Origin: Vicugna vicugna
Lineage: Eukaryota
Assembly: GCA_013265495.1 (NCBI GenBank)
Contig: MU058714.1
Location: forward strand, 186,001 to 250,000
Length of the DNA: 64,000 bases
Direction of reading: 5' to 3'
Under the pieces are notes generated by a model. The model had not been told where the DNA came from and ran no database searches. It worked only from the letters and a program-made list of their open reading frames with translations. The position numbers were made by a program, and so were the translations under genes. Below, one piece after another: positions 46,291 to 58,218 of the stretch; positions within the stretch are counted from its first letter, which is position 1, and every line of letters starts with the position of its first letter.

Positions 46291-49200
46291 CCAGAGCGCC
46301 ATAAATAAAAAGGAGACAGTGATGGCTCAGAGAGAAACCTACTTCAGAGAGGCAGCAAAAAATAAGATGTTTAGGCTGTCTGAATGTTTCATGAACCTGT
46401 GAAAATAACGTGCTGCTTTATAAAAGAACGTGGGGAGATACTGCAGCTAATCAAAAAGATGTAGGTGCAAATGGGATGTGTTTATGAAGCCGGTACCTTG
46501 TGCGGAAGGAAAGGCCTGCTGCAGGCGGGGATTCAGGGAAAGGCAGGTGCCCATGGAGGAGCACAGCATTTCTGATCAAGGGGGGAAAGTTCCAGGACGG
46601 TTTTTCCCCTTCACTTGTTTAAAAATAAAAAATTCCTCACCAAATGTCAGCTGCGTGCCAGGTTCCATTTGTCTTTATAACAGAGTATCAAGCAGGAGTG
46701 TGGAAATAAATAAACACAGAGAGACAACCGACCAAAAATTGCAGGCGCACGGACAGGATGGAGGAGGTAAACCCCACACTACAACAGCTGAAAAATAACA
46801 TTTCAATTTTGTGTTTGGTACTGTCACTCCATGCTCACTGAGCTGTTTCCCTCTGCGTGGCTCCTCCAGGCCCATTACACTGTCCCCACACACACCACCG
46901 CTCTGACACTGCTGGGTGGGACAGCAGCTTCCTTCACTTGCACATTCCATCACTCCTAATTCCACAAGCATGCATCAAATAACACTGTGGGTACAGGGGG
47001 AGGTGGGGATAAACCAACGAGCATCTCTGCCCTTAGGAGCAAGGTGCCGCCAACTTCTACACATCACAGAACCAAGGGGCCCCTAGCTGTGGTCGAATGG
47101 GGAGGGGGCTGCAAAGAAGGCTGTGGGGCACAGGCAGCACCCAAGCTGGACCAGGCTGGCGAGGATCCGCAACGGGGGATAGTATTTTCTCTGGCCGCTA
47201 CCATGCCTAGTTCATCTCTGGATACCAAAGAGCTCCATAATTTCTCTGCATTTCTCCAATGCTCGAAGTTGAGTAAGTGGCAGGAACACAACAGAAGGCC
47301 CACTCTGGAATGGTACCCAGGAGTCCCCCCACCTGCCTCCTTCCTAAATCCGCCCGTCTGCTGGCCCTGGGCTCCTCGAGCTCTGCGTGGGCCTCAGGAA
47401 CTCTCTCCTTCCCCCCAGCTGTGTGAGGATGCGCGCTGGCAGCGCCCCCAGCGGCCCCAGGACACCGTCAGGGGCGGGAGGACGGGAGGGCAGGCTTGAG
47501 CCCTGGCCCTGTCCTTGGTGCTGCCGCCGGCTGCGCGCCGCTGCTCCCTCCGTGGCAGGGGGCCTCCCAGGCCGCAGCCTTTCCCCCAGCCCCGCCTCTG
47601 GTCCCCGCGGAAGTGCCACGAATACACTCAACCCAGCTGCAGTTCCTGTCCCAGGGAACTGGACGAGGGGCATTTCCAACATAGCCTGCGGGGAGGCTCA
47701 AGAGTGGATGTAGGTCTCTCCAAGGTCCAGAGCCCTGGAGGGCGGATCAGAGCAATCATTTAAGTCCTCTTTAAATGGGGGAGGGGATTGCTGTTGGAAA
47801 TGGGCAACTTGTGCCAGAAAACCCCAGCGGCTCCAGCAGCAAACAGCCCACACGCCCCTGGCAAACCCTTCCCTTCTCAGGCAGCTGCCCCACCAGGCCC
47901 AGTACTCCCCTCAACTCTGCCTCTGCTCCCTAACCCCTCAGAGTTTCCCACTTCACCCTCCGGAGATCAGCCCTACCCTCTCAGAAGCAGCTCCCTGCTG
48001 GGAAATGAGGGGTTAAGCGTTCCTTCCAAGAGTGTGCCCAAGAGCCCCGTGCCCACGCACGGAGGCCTCTAATCTCAGGGAGGGACGCGGGTGGCAGCCT
48101 TGGTCCTCAGCGCACAAGGGAGCTCCGAAGGTGGAGGCAGGGAGGGAGGGGGCGCGCCCCTCCGGCCCCTCGCCGCCCCAAAGTCTCCACTCTCGGCGCT
48201 CAGCGGCCTGAGGGAGGCCCCAACCTGTCCGCATCCTGCTTTCATCAGGCGGCGCTTTCACTGCAACTTTTCTTCCTCTCTCCCTCACGATCTTAGCTCA
48301 CCTGGAGGGGCTGGTTTTAATTAGTGTAATATCCCGGTTAACAACGCAGTCTAATTAAGACATCCGCCCAAAGCCGCGTTGCACACTTAATGAGCAGGTT
48401 CTGCCGCAATGTTTATACTTTTATTATTATTATTATTTGCAGAACAGTAAAATCAAAGCCGGCTTCGGGCTGAGAGACCTCATTATGGGCGACCCCACTC
48501 CATTAGCCTCGTACCTGCTCAGTGCTAAGTACCCCGGGCTCCCAGGTGGGCTCCCAGGGCGTCCCCGAGCCGATCGGGTGTTTCAGCAGAAAATTAGCTA
48601 CCTGGCGCGGGAGAGGCAACTTCACCTCCAGCTGAGGTGGAAGTCTGGGTCCCTCCATCCCTGTCCTTTGCCTCCACCGAGAGATGTCTCGCGCATCAGC
48701 ATGAGCGGCGCCGAAGGGGTCCTTTTTTTTAAAGTGACCATTAAAAAATAAATCTATTAAAAGCTGGAAAGCTCTGTCACGTAGGCATTTCTCCCCACCC
48801 CGCTGGACCCTTCGCCGCTGGCCGGGCTACAGTCCTGGATTCCCAGGAACATCCCCCCCGCCCCAAGTGAGATCCCAGATCCTGGGTCCGCTCCAGGACA
48901 GAATGGGGTCCCAATGTCCCTCGACGCCTGGTGCCGCACTCTCATCCCCGTGCCGACTGGGTGAGGGCCCCCGGTGGCCCGGGCACTGCGGGGATGTACG
49001 CCTGGAGAGGCTCCGCGCACTAGGAGGCTGCGACCGCCAGCCTCGCTCCACCCCCGAGATGCCGCGAGAGGTAGCCCTCCCGCGGGCGCGAGCCCCAGAC
49101 GTCCCCCGGCGAGGCTCACGCCTCCAGGCCTCCGGGCAGAAAGTTTGGGCCGGGTGTGCCAGGCTGCCTTGGCGCCAGATTCCCTAGACGGGCTACGCCG

Positions 49201-50035
49201 GCCCCTGGGAGCGGCCGAGGCTCGAGAAGCAGCCTGGGTTCCCTCCGGAACCTCCCTGACGCCGCTCCCGAGACCCTGCGGGGAGTGCCCCCAAGCCCGC
49301 CCCCTGGAGGGCCCTGCACGCCGCTCGCCCCCTGCCACTCTACTCTAGCGCACAGCGCGGCGCGGCGGGGGCCGGGGGCCTCCCTAGGGAACCGTGGGAG
49401 CCTTTCCTCCCCACAACTCCTTTGGGTCATCAACTCCTCCAGTGAACCCTTCTCCTAGAGGACCGGGGCAGGGCTCCCGGGCCCTGGGCGCCGGGAGAGA
49501 AGCGCACGGCAACACAGGGGGCCGCTGACCCCCTCCAGCTCCCCCCACCGCGGGCTCCAGCCGCGTACCCCGACGCGCCCCGAGGGGCTGGGATCTCCTC
49601 GCGCTCGGCCCCCCCCCTGCCAGGGAGTTCCCCGCGACGGGCATTGTGCCGCCGCCGCCGCCGCCGCCACGCAGCGCGCGGGACTCCCCGGCGTCTCCAT
49701 GGAGCCCGACCCCGGGGCCTTCCCATTCACAAAATCGCCCCTCCAGCGGCCGGCTGGACCACGTGCACCGACCCCAGCCCAGGAGGGACCTGGAGAGTCC
49801 GGACCCTGCGCGGGGACCCCTGACCCCAAGGGCGCCACCCCACCCCGCGCGTCTTCGGTCCGTCCCTGGCCGCGCTCTGCAACCCCGCGCCCCCGCCAGC
49901 CCCGCCTCTCCCTGCGGGGTCCCGTGCGCCCCTCCCTGGGCCGTGCCCACCCCCACCCCCGCGCCCAGCCAGCTCAACGCGAAGGTAATGACCGCCTCAG
50001 GGCGAAGCGCGGGCGGCGAGGGCCGGGCTACTCAC

Positions 50036-50630
50036 GGGCTCAGCGCTCCCCGCGGCAGGTGACAGGGGCCCGGCGGCCATGCCCAGGCTGCATCCCGGCC
50101 GCCGAACGGGCAGCGGCGTCCCGGGGCCGCGCGGGCACCGGCGAGCCGGCGGCAAGGCGCGCGCGGGGCCGGGCTCAGGCGGCGGCGGCCGCCGCGTCTC
50201 CTCCGACCACGCGAGCGGCTGGGGCCGGGGCCGGGGCCGGGGCCGCTGTCCAAGGAGGCTCTGCCGGCTCTGGAGCAGCCCCGCGGCTCCGCACTCGCTC
50301 TTCCTCGCCGCCTCCTCTCTCTCCCTCTCTCCCCCTCTCTCTCTTTCTCTCTCTCTCTCTGCCTCCCTCCCTCCCTCCTCTCTCTCTCCCTCTCTCCTCC
50401 CCCTTTCTCTCTCTCTCTCCCTCTCCTCGGCTCCTCTGGCTCGCTCGGCTGGAGCGAGGAGACAGCAGGAGCACGCGGCGGCGGCGGCGGCGGCAGCGGC
50501 CCGGGCGGAGCGCGCAGCGCGCGGCGAGGGAGGGGGCTCGGGCGGCTGCGCGGCCGGGGAGGGCGGTGGGGCTAGGAGGACCGCGGCCAGGCGAACGCAG
50601 GCCGGACGCACCCTTGCGGCCCGCAGCGCC
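50036..50630 (-). other. Probable first exon (largely 5' UTR) of a minus-strand gene; upper boundary (TSS) uncertain, ~50300-50650
   Basis: Minus strand reads GCC-repeat, long GA-rich leader, then GC-rich sequence ending GAGCGCTGAGCCC|GTGAGT (donor 50035-50030) inside the CpG island. Gene not firmly recognised. KLHL29 is an unverified guess based only on the long non-coding exon 1 and very long GC-rich intron 1. Confidence 0.65.
50311..50428. repeat. (CT)n-rich polypyrimidine/polypurine tract
   Basis: 118 bp of C/T on the + strand with a single G at 50361. Confidence 0.95.
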
Positions 50631-53224
50631 GGCCCGGAGGGCAGCCGGCACGAGAGAGACGGGCGAGGCGCCAAAGACCCCAGAGCCCAGAGCTGCCCAG
50701 GCCCCGAGAGCGCCGCCCTCCGGTACGGGGCCCCGCCTCCCTTCCCTCCCTCCGGGCGATCCTGAAGCCGGGCCATCCCTAACGACCCTTACTCTCCTGG
50801 CACCCTGGCCCAAGCCCAGAAAGGACAACACTGGGGATCTGCAGAAATGAGACTTGGTCAGCGGGGTGAATGTCCAGCAATCCCCTCTGCCTCCTTTCTG
50901 CATTGCCTGGCCTCCTCGTCCAGTTTGCCCACATGTCCCCAGCCCTTTACTAGGGCTTGAAATTCAGAGCCTGGCCTTCCTGGGAACTGGAGAGTAAGTG
51001 TACCAGCCACACAGGGTCACTGCTTGGATGTTTGTCCAGACTGACCAACCCACCCGATTCAAACACTTCCACCTTGGCTGGAGAAGAGGGTCTGCCCCTG
51101 CAGGAGATCAGCTTAGGATTTGCCTAAAATCAGAAGAGCAGGTCGTTCCTGTCCCTACTCCCAGCTCCCCAACCCAAGGGGAAGGGACTCCGGTATGGGG
51201 GGGGGGCAGTCTTTAGCCTCGGAAGGGGAGCAGAAGGAAAGCGGAGGCCAAGGGTCAGTGGAATGGGGCCAGTGTGGGCGGGCAGAATAAGACCCATGGA
51301 GAGCAGTGAGGTCAACATGAAAGGCAGGCAGGGGGGCCTCGGCTGTCCCAAACAGACCCGCAGGATTGGGCAGGGCCTTGCTCCTGTTTCTGTGGAAGAC
51401 AGGCAGATGCAGTTCCTGGAGCACCACTGAGGAAGGTAAGAGGGGGATGGAAATGCGCCACACCCTCAAAGACATTCACAGCCTAAAGCGAATGACAAGC
51501 CTGTCCCAGGTTGTTTTACCTCCGGGTGCTGGTTCCGGAACACTTGGATTCCTCCTTGCTCCTGACTGCCCTGACGTCATGGAATCTGGGGTTTCTTAGG
51601 GGCCTGGAGGATTCAGAGCCAGTGACGGGAAGGATGTAAACTCAGCTCCTGCGTGCCTGGGGCTCTGCACTGGTGGCTGCCTTCCCTGCAGAGCGAGGAC
51701 AGACAGTGTCCAAGACAAGTGGCTACTGTCCACTTAAGACCTTAATGCTTTTAATTTCTAGCCCTCCAGCCAGTCTGGGTCATTGATCTGTCCTGGTCAG
51801 TGGGAGTCATTCTATACACTTTACAGTTAGCTTCTGCGCCCTACAGCTAAACCCCGGATAAATGCCTTGTCTACCAGTGAGACAGCTGTGTGGTTGACTG
51901 AACTTTCCCCAGCCCCCGTGTTTGAAATGGCAAGTCCCTGCTCAAAAGACCTAATTGGCTCTCTCTCTGTCCTCTGCTGTCAGATGGTCCAGGCCTCCAA
52001 CTTGTGGGCAGGCCCACCCACTCCCCATCACCCACCTGTTTCCCTGTGGGCACGTCTTTCACTTCACAGGCAAGGTGCAGATCTGCATGAGTCGCTCCTC
52101 TGGATCAATCCAGAAAAGGTCTCTGAAGACAGCACCAAACCTTGTTCCCATGCTCCACCAAACCCAGCCAGCACTCAGCACACAGTAGGTCTGCTCACAC
52201 ACCTGTGCCAATGGACTGAGGCTGGCACCTGTAGCAGGATCAGCCATAGAACCTGCACATTAAGATCCCCGTTGGGGACGGGCCCTGGCGAGGCTGGCCT
52301 CGTCACAAGCCCCAGGGAATTCGCCCTTCCAGCTCCAGCTGCTGTGGAATGGGGACCTGGCCAAAAAGGGGGCCAGGGCCAGTCTGTATGCCCTCATATT
52401 AGGAACAGCTGGGGGGCCCCATCTTGGGATATCACTGAAGGGAATTTTACAAATCTCTGATTTAGAACCTTTATTGAAAAAAAAAAAAAAGACGTGAGCC
52501 CATTGAGGAAGAGCCGGGAAAAGCCCTTCACGATAATGATTAGGAAAGAAACAGGAGGGGATTTAGCTCGGGGCCTAAAATGACAACTAAACACACAGGG
52601 CTAATTTTACTCCCTCTGAAAACCCCACTAAAGCTATGAAAAGAGGTTTTTTTGAAGATATAAACCCCCAAGGAGACGGAGAACAGAGAAAAGACAACTG
52701 TCGACAACATGGGGGCAGCAGGAAGGCAAATGGACAAGCAGGGCCCAGCCTTGCAGAGCTGAGTCCCAGCCCCTCCGGGGGAAAGCTGGGAAACAGAACC
52801 CTCAAAGGCTCAGAACACTGGGATAGGTGCGCATGAAGCGGGGAAGGCAGCTAGGAGCGGCAGAGATCTGTTTAAAGAGCATGCAGGTCCTGGGTGGCTG
52901 GCCACCCTGGAAGGCTGTTCCCTGGGGATGGTGAAGCAGAGCCTCTGAGGCCTGGGGGACTTCATGTATGGTGACAGAGGGGTGTCCTGCACTCTGAAGG
53001 CTGAGCATCTCACTTAGCCCCCACAGCACCAACATCCTCCAGGCAAGAGACCAGAAAAGTCTTGTCCCCTTTCCTGTAGATTTTAGGAGAAACCTGAAGA
53101 TATCATTGTGCGGTTTCCCACCAGAGAACTGAGCCAGTCTCCCTAGAGGGAAACCCTGGTGGGTAAGCCCACCCAATCCCCAGACCTTCCAGTCAGCTCT
53201 GCGGTCCCTTCCCCTACCTGTGAG

Positions 53225-54195
53225 TCAATAACCCAGCATTACCAGACATCTCAGGAAAGACTTTAAGAGAAACAGCCACCAAACCACCCAGGTGGGGCAA
53301 TTTCGAGGAAACAGACATTAGACAGGGAGGAGAAATAGCCATGTTTTTAATATCTCAAAGCCAGCAGAGAAGATGTTGCATCTATGAACCAAGAGCAGGG
53401 TGCTATTTTAAGGAGAACACTTAGAGAACAAAAAAAGGGCTGGAAAATTAAATGTGTGAGAAAAGAAACAAAAACCTCAACAGACAGGTTGGAAGATAGA
53501 AGGGAGAGAGTGTCCCAGAATACAAAGCAAAAAGACAAAGCAGAGAAAAATGAGAAAGGATGAAAGAGTCAGATGACCAGTTCATGAGGCCCGGCATCCA
53601 CACAACAGGTGCCCTTCCTTCCATTCCACCTGGCCTGAGAGAGAGAATTATTTATTTCAACTCAACACATCTTCCCAGAAATGAGTTTCCAAATTCTCAT
53701 CACATCAGCACACCGGATGGAAGCTGACCCACATGAAGGCATATTATCATTAAAAGCAAAACACTGAAGACAAAAAATAGTTTCCACGAGTTTCCAGGTT
53801 CCATAAAAACGAGCAGGAATAAGAACAAGCTTCAGAAGCCTTAACAACAGCAGAAGCTAACAGACAATGAAGCAGAGCCTTCAGAGCACTTACGGAAAAT
53901 ATCTTCTGGCGCAGAATGCACTACTTAGCCAAATTAACAATCTAATGTGAGACCCAAATAAAGACATTCACTCATGAAAGGTCTCAAAAAAAAAAAAAAA
54001 GCACCTCCCACGAATCATTTCTCAGGAAGCTACTAGAGGATGTGTTCCAACAAAACAAAGGAGTAAAGCATGAAAAGGGATGACAAGGGACAGATGAAAC
54101 AGTGGATCCAGTAAGAGAGGGAGAGAGGAAGGGGAGCCAGAGGATGGGAGAGAAGGGAGCTCTCAGGAGGACAGCTGTCCAGATTAGAGCAGGAT
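53225..54195 (+). mobile_element. HAL1 / ancient L1 ORF1-like element, decayed
   Basis: TTGCATCTATGAACCAAGAGCAGG...GGAAAATTAAA...GGTTGGAAGATAGA...AAGCAAAAAGACAAAG...TTTCTCAGGAAGCTACTAGAGGATGTGTTCCA...GTCCAGATTAGAGCAGGA. Confidence 0.75.
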
Positions 54196-55129
54196 GGTGA
54201 CACGTCCAACTGTCCAGTGCACAGACCTGCTGATGGCTGTCACCACTAAAATACCTCCCGGTATTGCACTGCCCTTTTAATGCCAGGAGCACCTGGCCCA
54301 GGTGCTTATCTGTACTCGGCCTCCTTGGGCCAGGTCCTGATGGAGCTGCAGCCAGAGCAGCAGCCCAAAGGAGCCACGGACAGGGAGGATCCCGTGGCTA
54401 GCTCTTCACACTCGTCACCTTGTACATGAGTAGATGATGATCCAACATTATGATGTTTGAGGAAAACACGGTCTGAAGGGACTTCTTTGTCCTTGTCAGT
54501 CTTCCTGACCAGCTGGTGGAGAGCATACTTTACAGCCATTACCGCTTCCCTGTTTGGTCTTTCAATCCAACAGAGTAAATTATAAAATTACTTAGGGCAG
54601 TGAGAACCTCCTTGCCAGGCTCTTTCTCTCTCTGTCTCTCTCTCTCTACACACACATCAATATTTATGCTACATGTAAATATATAAACATTTCCATTTCT
54701 CCACCACCACCACTGCTGGATATTTGCGCTTTCCACTTTGGCCGTGCTCCGGGCCTTTGGTAGGACTCCGCAGAGAAGTGCTACCTATCTTAACGACTGA
54801 CTACCTCGTAGGGACAGCCCCACAGGGCCTGAGGGAACCTATTATTCAAATAACCCATTAACATTCTTGCACACAAAATGCAGGGCAGCTGTGCAAAAGC
54901 TTATATTCCGCAGGACTCCGGGGGCTGCATCTCTCCGGACCCTCGAGGTCAGAGGCACCAGCCAGCAAACTCAGCGAGTGACACTGTGGGTGCCCAGCCA
55001 GCCCGGGCCCTGGCCTCTGCTCACAGCTGGCAGGGGCGCCCAGCGCACACCCAGCCGCGGCAGCGGCCGCTGGGCTGGCTTCCCCGTCTTCCTCCACACC
55101 TGAGAAACCTTCCAGACTTTGCCCACCCC

Positions 55130-55760
55130 CGGCCCTCCCGACCCCAGTTCCTGGCAGACAAGGTGGCTGTCTTCTTCACAGGGAAGGGAGGCTCAGACGT
55201 GAGCAGCCTTCTTCCCTCACATCTTCTCTTCGTGTTCATCTCTTCTTCCCGCTGCCTTTCCTTTCAAATTCTGACCCCCCGCCCCCGCCACCGGCAGGTC
55301 CCGCCCCCTTGGGCCTCCTCCTCTTCACTTTCCCTGCTCTGGGGGCCCTAGCCCACCAGTCTAAACGCATGGTAGGTCCTCACCCATCCTTTAAGAGCCA
55401 GCCCTAGCGCTGCTCTCCTGACGTCTCCTTCCTTGTATCACAAACGGTCCCCACCTCCTGCCCAACACCCCACAGAAATGGCCCTGCTGGGGTCACCAGG
55501 TTCAGGAGTCACCCTCCTAGGTGCACGTGATCATGCAGGCCAGGGGGCCCGCTCCCCACTCCCTTTCTAGGACTTTCTCCTCCATGACAGCATTCTCCTG
55601 CTCTGCCCTCCTGAGGCAGCTCCCTCCGCACCTCCGACGGTTCCCCTGCTTCTCCGTAAATGCCAAGCTTTCCTGAGATTCCATTGCCAGTCCTTTCACG
55701 TGTCTTCGTCAGCGATCTCACCCCCTCCCCTGGTTTCACTGTCACCACGTCATCACGGCA
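55130..55760 (+). mobile_element. Highly decayed L2 ORF2 fragment
   Basis: C/T-rich, with CACCCCACAGAAATGGCCCTGCTGGGGTCACCA and CTCCATGACAGCATTCTCCTG...CTCCC resembling the L2 RT region. Confidence 0.45.
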
Positions 55761-57269
55761 TTTCAGAGCTGGAGGCAGCTCCAGAGAGATGAGAAAACTG
55801 AGGCCACTGTGTCCAGGTGCCCTGCGGGGCCTCCCGGCACCCAGGCAGCAGCTCTGGACCTTGAACTCAGTCTCTGGCTCTGACAGCAGTGCCGCCCCGG
55901 CCCCCACCACGCTGCCTCTTACTTCACATGCAGGGGAGCAGGTAGGTGCATCTGCAGTGTCACACACACGCGCACACACACATTTCCAGACTTGATATTT
56001 TATTTAAGAGCGTGCAGCTCTATATCAGTACCCAGTTGCTTTCAGTTCTGACATTTATCTTCTTCAGAGGAGGGTAAGCCACTTGCACACCATCCCATCT
56101 CTCCTCCCACGTGGCTGGGAAATGTCAGAGGGAGCTCCAGGCAGCTCAGGGTCCCATGCCCACATCGTGCACATTTTGCTCTTTGGGCTGCTTGGTAACC
56201 CAGCTTTTGAGGGGAGCCAAGGTGGCCTGGTAAATGCATCAGAGGAGCCAGCAGAGGGTTCCCAGCCACTGTCCAACTTTTACACCCAGGCCCGACAGCC
56301 AGAGCCAAGAGCCTCCCAGAGCAGATGCCACGATCTGCTCGGGGGCGGGTGGGTCCTTCCCTGTCTTCTCAGATCTTGTTTTGAGTGGGACCCACGCCAT
56401 GCCTTTGAGCTCTGCCTGTGATTGCACAATAATACCCACCCAGAAAACAAATTAAAAATAGGAAGACTCCATCCGAGGCGCGTGTCTGCTGAGGCAGAGT
56501 GCTGTCAGATTGCTAGGCAACCCCAGGCGGTCCTGTGGGAAGGCCTGTGCGAAGCTTGTTCCACAGAAGGAGCACTCTTGTCCCTGTTGTGCGGATGTGC
56601 TCAGCCGAATCTAAGCAAGGTCATGAGCAGAGGGAAGATGCAGGCTGCCTGAGCTGAAGTCGTGCCCATCCACCTGGACAGACAGATTTTCCAGAGGACA
56701 GAGAAGATGCTGGGGGTGTCCATAGGATGAGAGACATCTGGACATACGCTGGAAAATCTACCTGGTTTCTCCATTTTCCCGAGATCCAGTCGTTTAGAAT
56801 TGTGTAGGCAAAGTACCTGGATTGTAACTGATTTTCCCACCCTGCTGTCTTCATCACCTTTAGCCAGAGGTGAATGTGAGCAGGTTCAGAGGCTGGAGAT
56901 GGAGGAGGAGGAGAAAGGAAAAATGGGTGCGCGGCCAGAGCTGGGCGGAGGAGCAGAGAGGAAGCAGAGCTGGGAGCAGCCAGGCGCCGCCATGCTCCGC
57001 TTTGTGCTCCCAAGGCTGAGATGGAACCACATGGTTTCTTTTTACAGTTCTGTCCAAACTGTGATCACGTTTAAATGTTTGTGGATGTTACCATGTTGAC
57101 TATGAGCGTAAAATACTTTCTAAAAGGAAAAGGCAGGGGATGTAGCATCGTGAAAAATACGAAGAGTTTTCCATTTGACTTTCAGGTCTTTAAGACAAGG
57201 GTGAGGTCAGGAGAGCTCCTTCCCGTTCACAGAGCTGCCCAGAGACCGGCCAGGGCCAAGGCAGAAGGG

Positions 57270-57689
57270 TGCATTAGCTTCCTGGAGCTCCCGTAACACA
57301 AAACTGGGGGCTTTAAACAGCAGAAGAGGATTCTCTCACAGGCCTGAAGGTCAGAACTCAGTGAAAAACGGTGTCGGCACACTGCCTTGAAGGCTCCAGG
57401 GAGAGACCCTGCCAGGCCTCTCTCCAGGCTTCTGGTGGCTGCTAACAGTTCCTGGCATCCTTGGCTCGTGGCTGCATCACTCCAGTCTCTGCCTGTCTCT
57501 ACGTGGCCTTGTCTGTGTATCCTCTTCCCTTTCTTAGAAGGACCCCAGTCACTGGGTTGAGACCCCCCCCAACCCACCATGACCTCATCTTAACTAATTG
57601 AATCTGCAAAGACCCTATTTCCAAATAAGGTTCCATTCTGAGGTTCTGGGTGGACATGAATCTGGGGGGACATTATTAGACCCACTCCA
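57270..57689 (-). mobile_element. MLT1B-like MaLR solo LTR
   Basis: TGCATTAGCTTCCTGG...CTTCTGGTGGCTGCT...GGCATCCTTGGCTCGTGGCTGCATCACTCCAGTCTCTGCC...ATCTGCAAAGACCCTATTTCCAAATAAGG...GGTGGACATGAAT. Confidence 0.85.
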
Positions 57690-58218
57690 GGAGGACTGAT
57701 AATGAAGTCAGATGGGCTTCAGAGCAGGCAAGCGCTGGCCACCGTCCGGGCCAGCCTGCCCCTCTCGAGGAAGCCACTCTCAAACACCTCAGGCAGAGCT
57801 CTCCCTGCCCCCCGCGACAGGCTCCCCATCGGGGCAGAGCCTGCACTGCTGGGAAGCCTTCTTCCCAACAGGGACCCGGAATCTGCTGGGGACGTCATCC
57901 AGCTGAAGGTCCTGGGATTCGCACAAGTCCCAGCTCCAGCCCCATGGCAGCCAAAGGACAGAGGACATCTAAGTCTCCGCCTTCAGACACAGGGCACCCA
58001 CCAAGACGCCCTAACAGCCGCTACAACACACAGTGCTCATTTCCGGACGATTTCTTCCACGTCCTTTCTGTGCGTGTATGTCCAAACGTTTGCGGTGGGG
58101 GATTCATTAACTCCTGTTAAATTTAATCCAACTGGTCATCCTCTGTGTTGATCCTGTCACCTGACCCGTCAGCCTGTCGTTTGGTTTGGCTCACCCCCAG
58201 GTTGAAAGCACCATTGAA

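Larger units (their letters stand above)
1..50035 (-). other. Probable very long first intron of the minus-strand gene whose promoter lies at ~50.5 kb (may contain small UTR exons)
   Basis: Lies downstream (minus-strand sense) of the donor at 50035-50030. Contains repeats and enhancer-like islands but no recognisable coding exon. Inferred, with no transcript data. Confidence 0.6.
48940..50790. promoter_or_regulatory. CpG island / promoter (CpG-rich shoulder extends down to ~48050)
   Basis: Very high GC and CpG density by eye, with GC boxes (GGGCGG 50561, CCCCGCCTCC 50731) and GCC/GCG runs. CpG density falls sharply after ~50790. Confidence 0.9.

Noticed and set aside
49384..50903. ORFs of 197-383 aa on both strands across the CpG island
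   Set aside because: Stop-codon scarcity in very GC-rich DNA plus simple repeats. Mutually overlapping and without domains.
54200..54545. Possible processed-pseudogene fragment (77-aa minus ORF MAVKYALHQL...) and the 19-bp interrupted palindrome AGCACCTGG-C-CCAGGTGCT at 54288-54306
   Set aside because: No recognisable parent protein, poly(A) or TSD. A 9-bp-arm palindrome is near chance expectation in 64 kb. A BLASTX/Dfam search would settle it.
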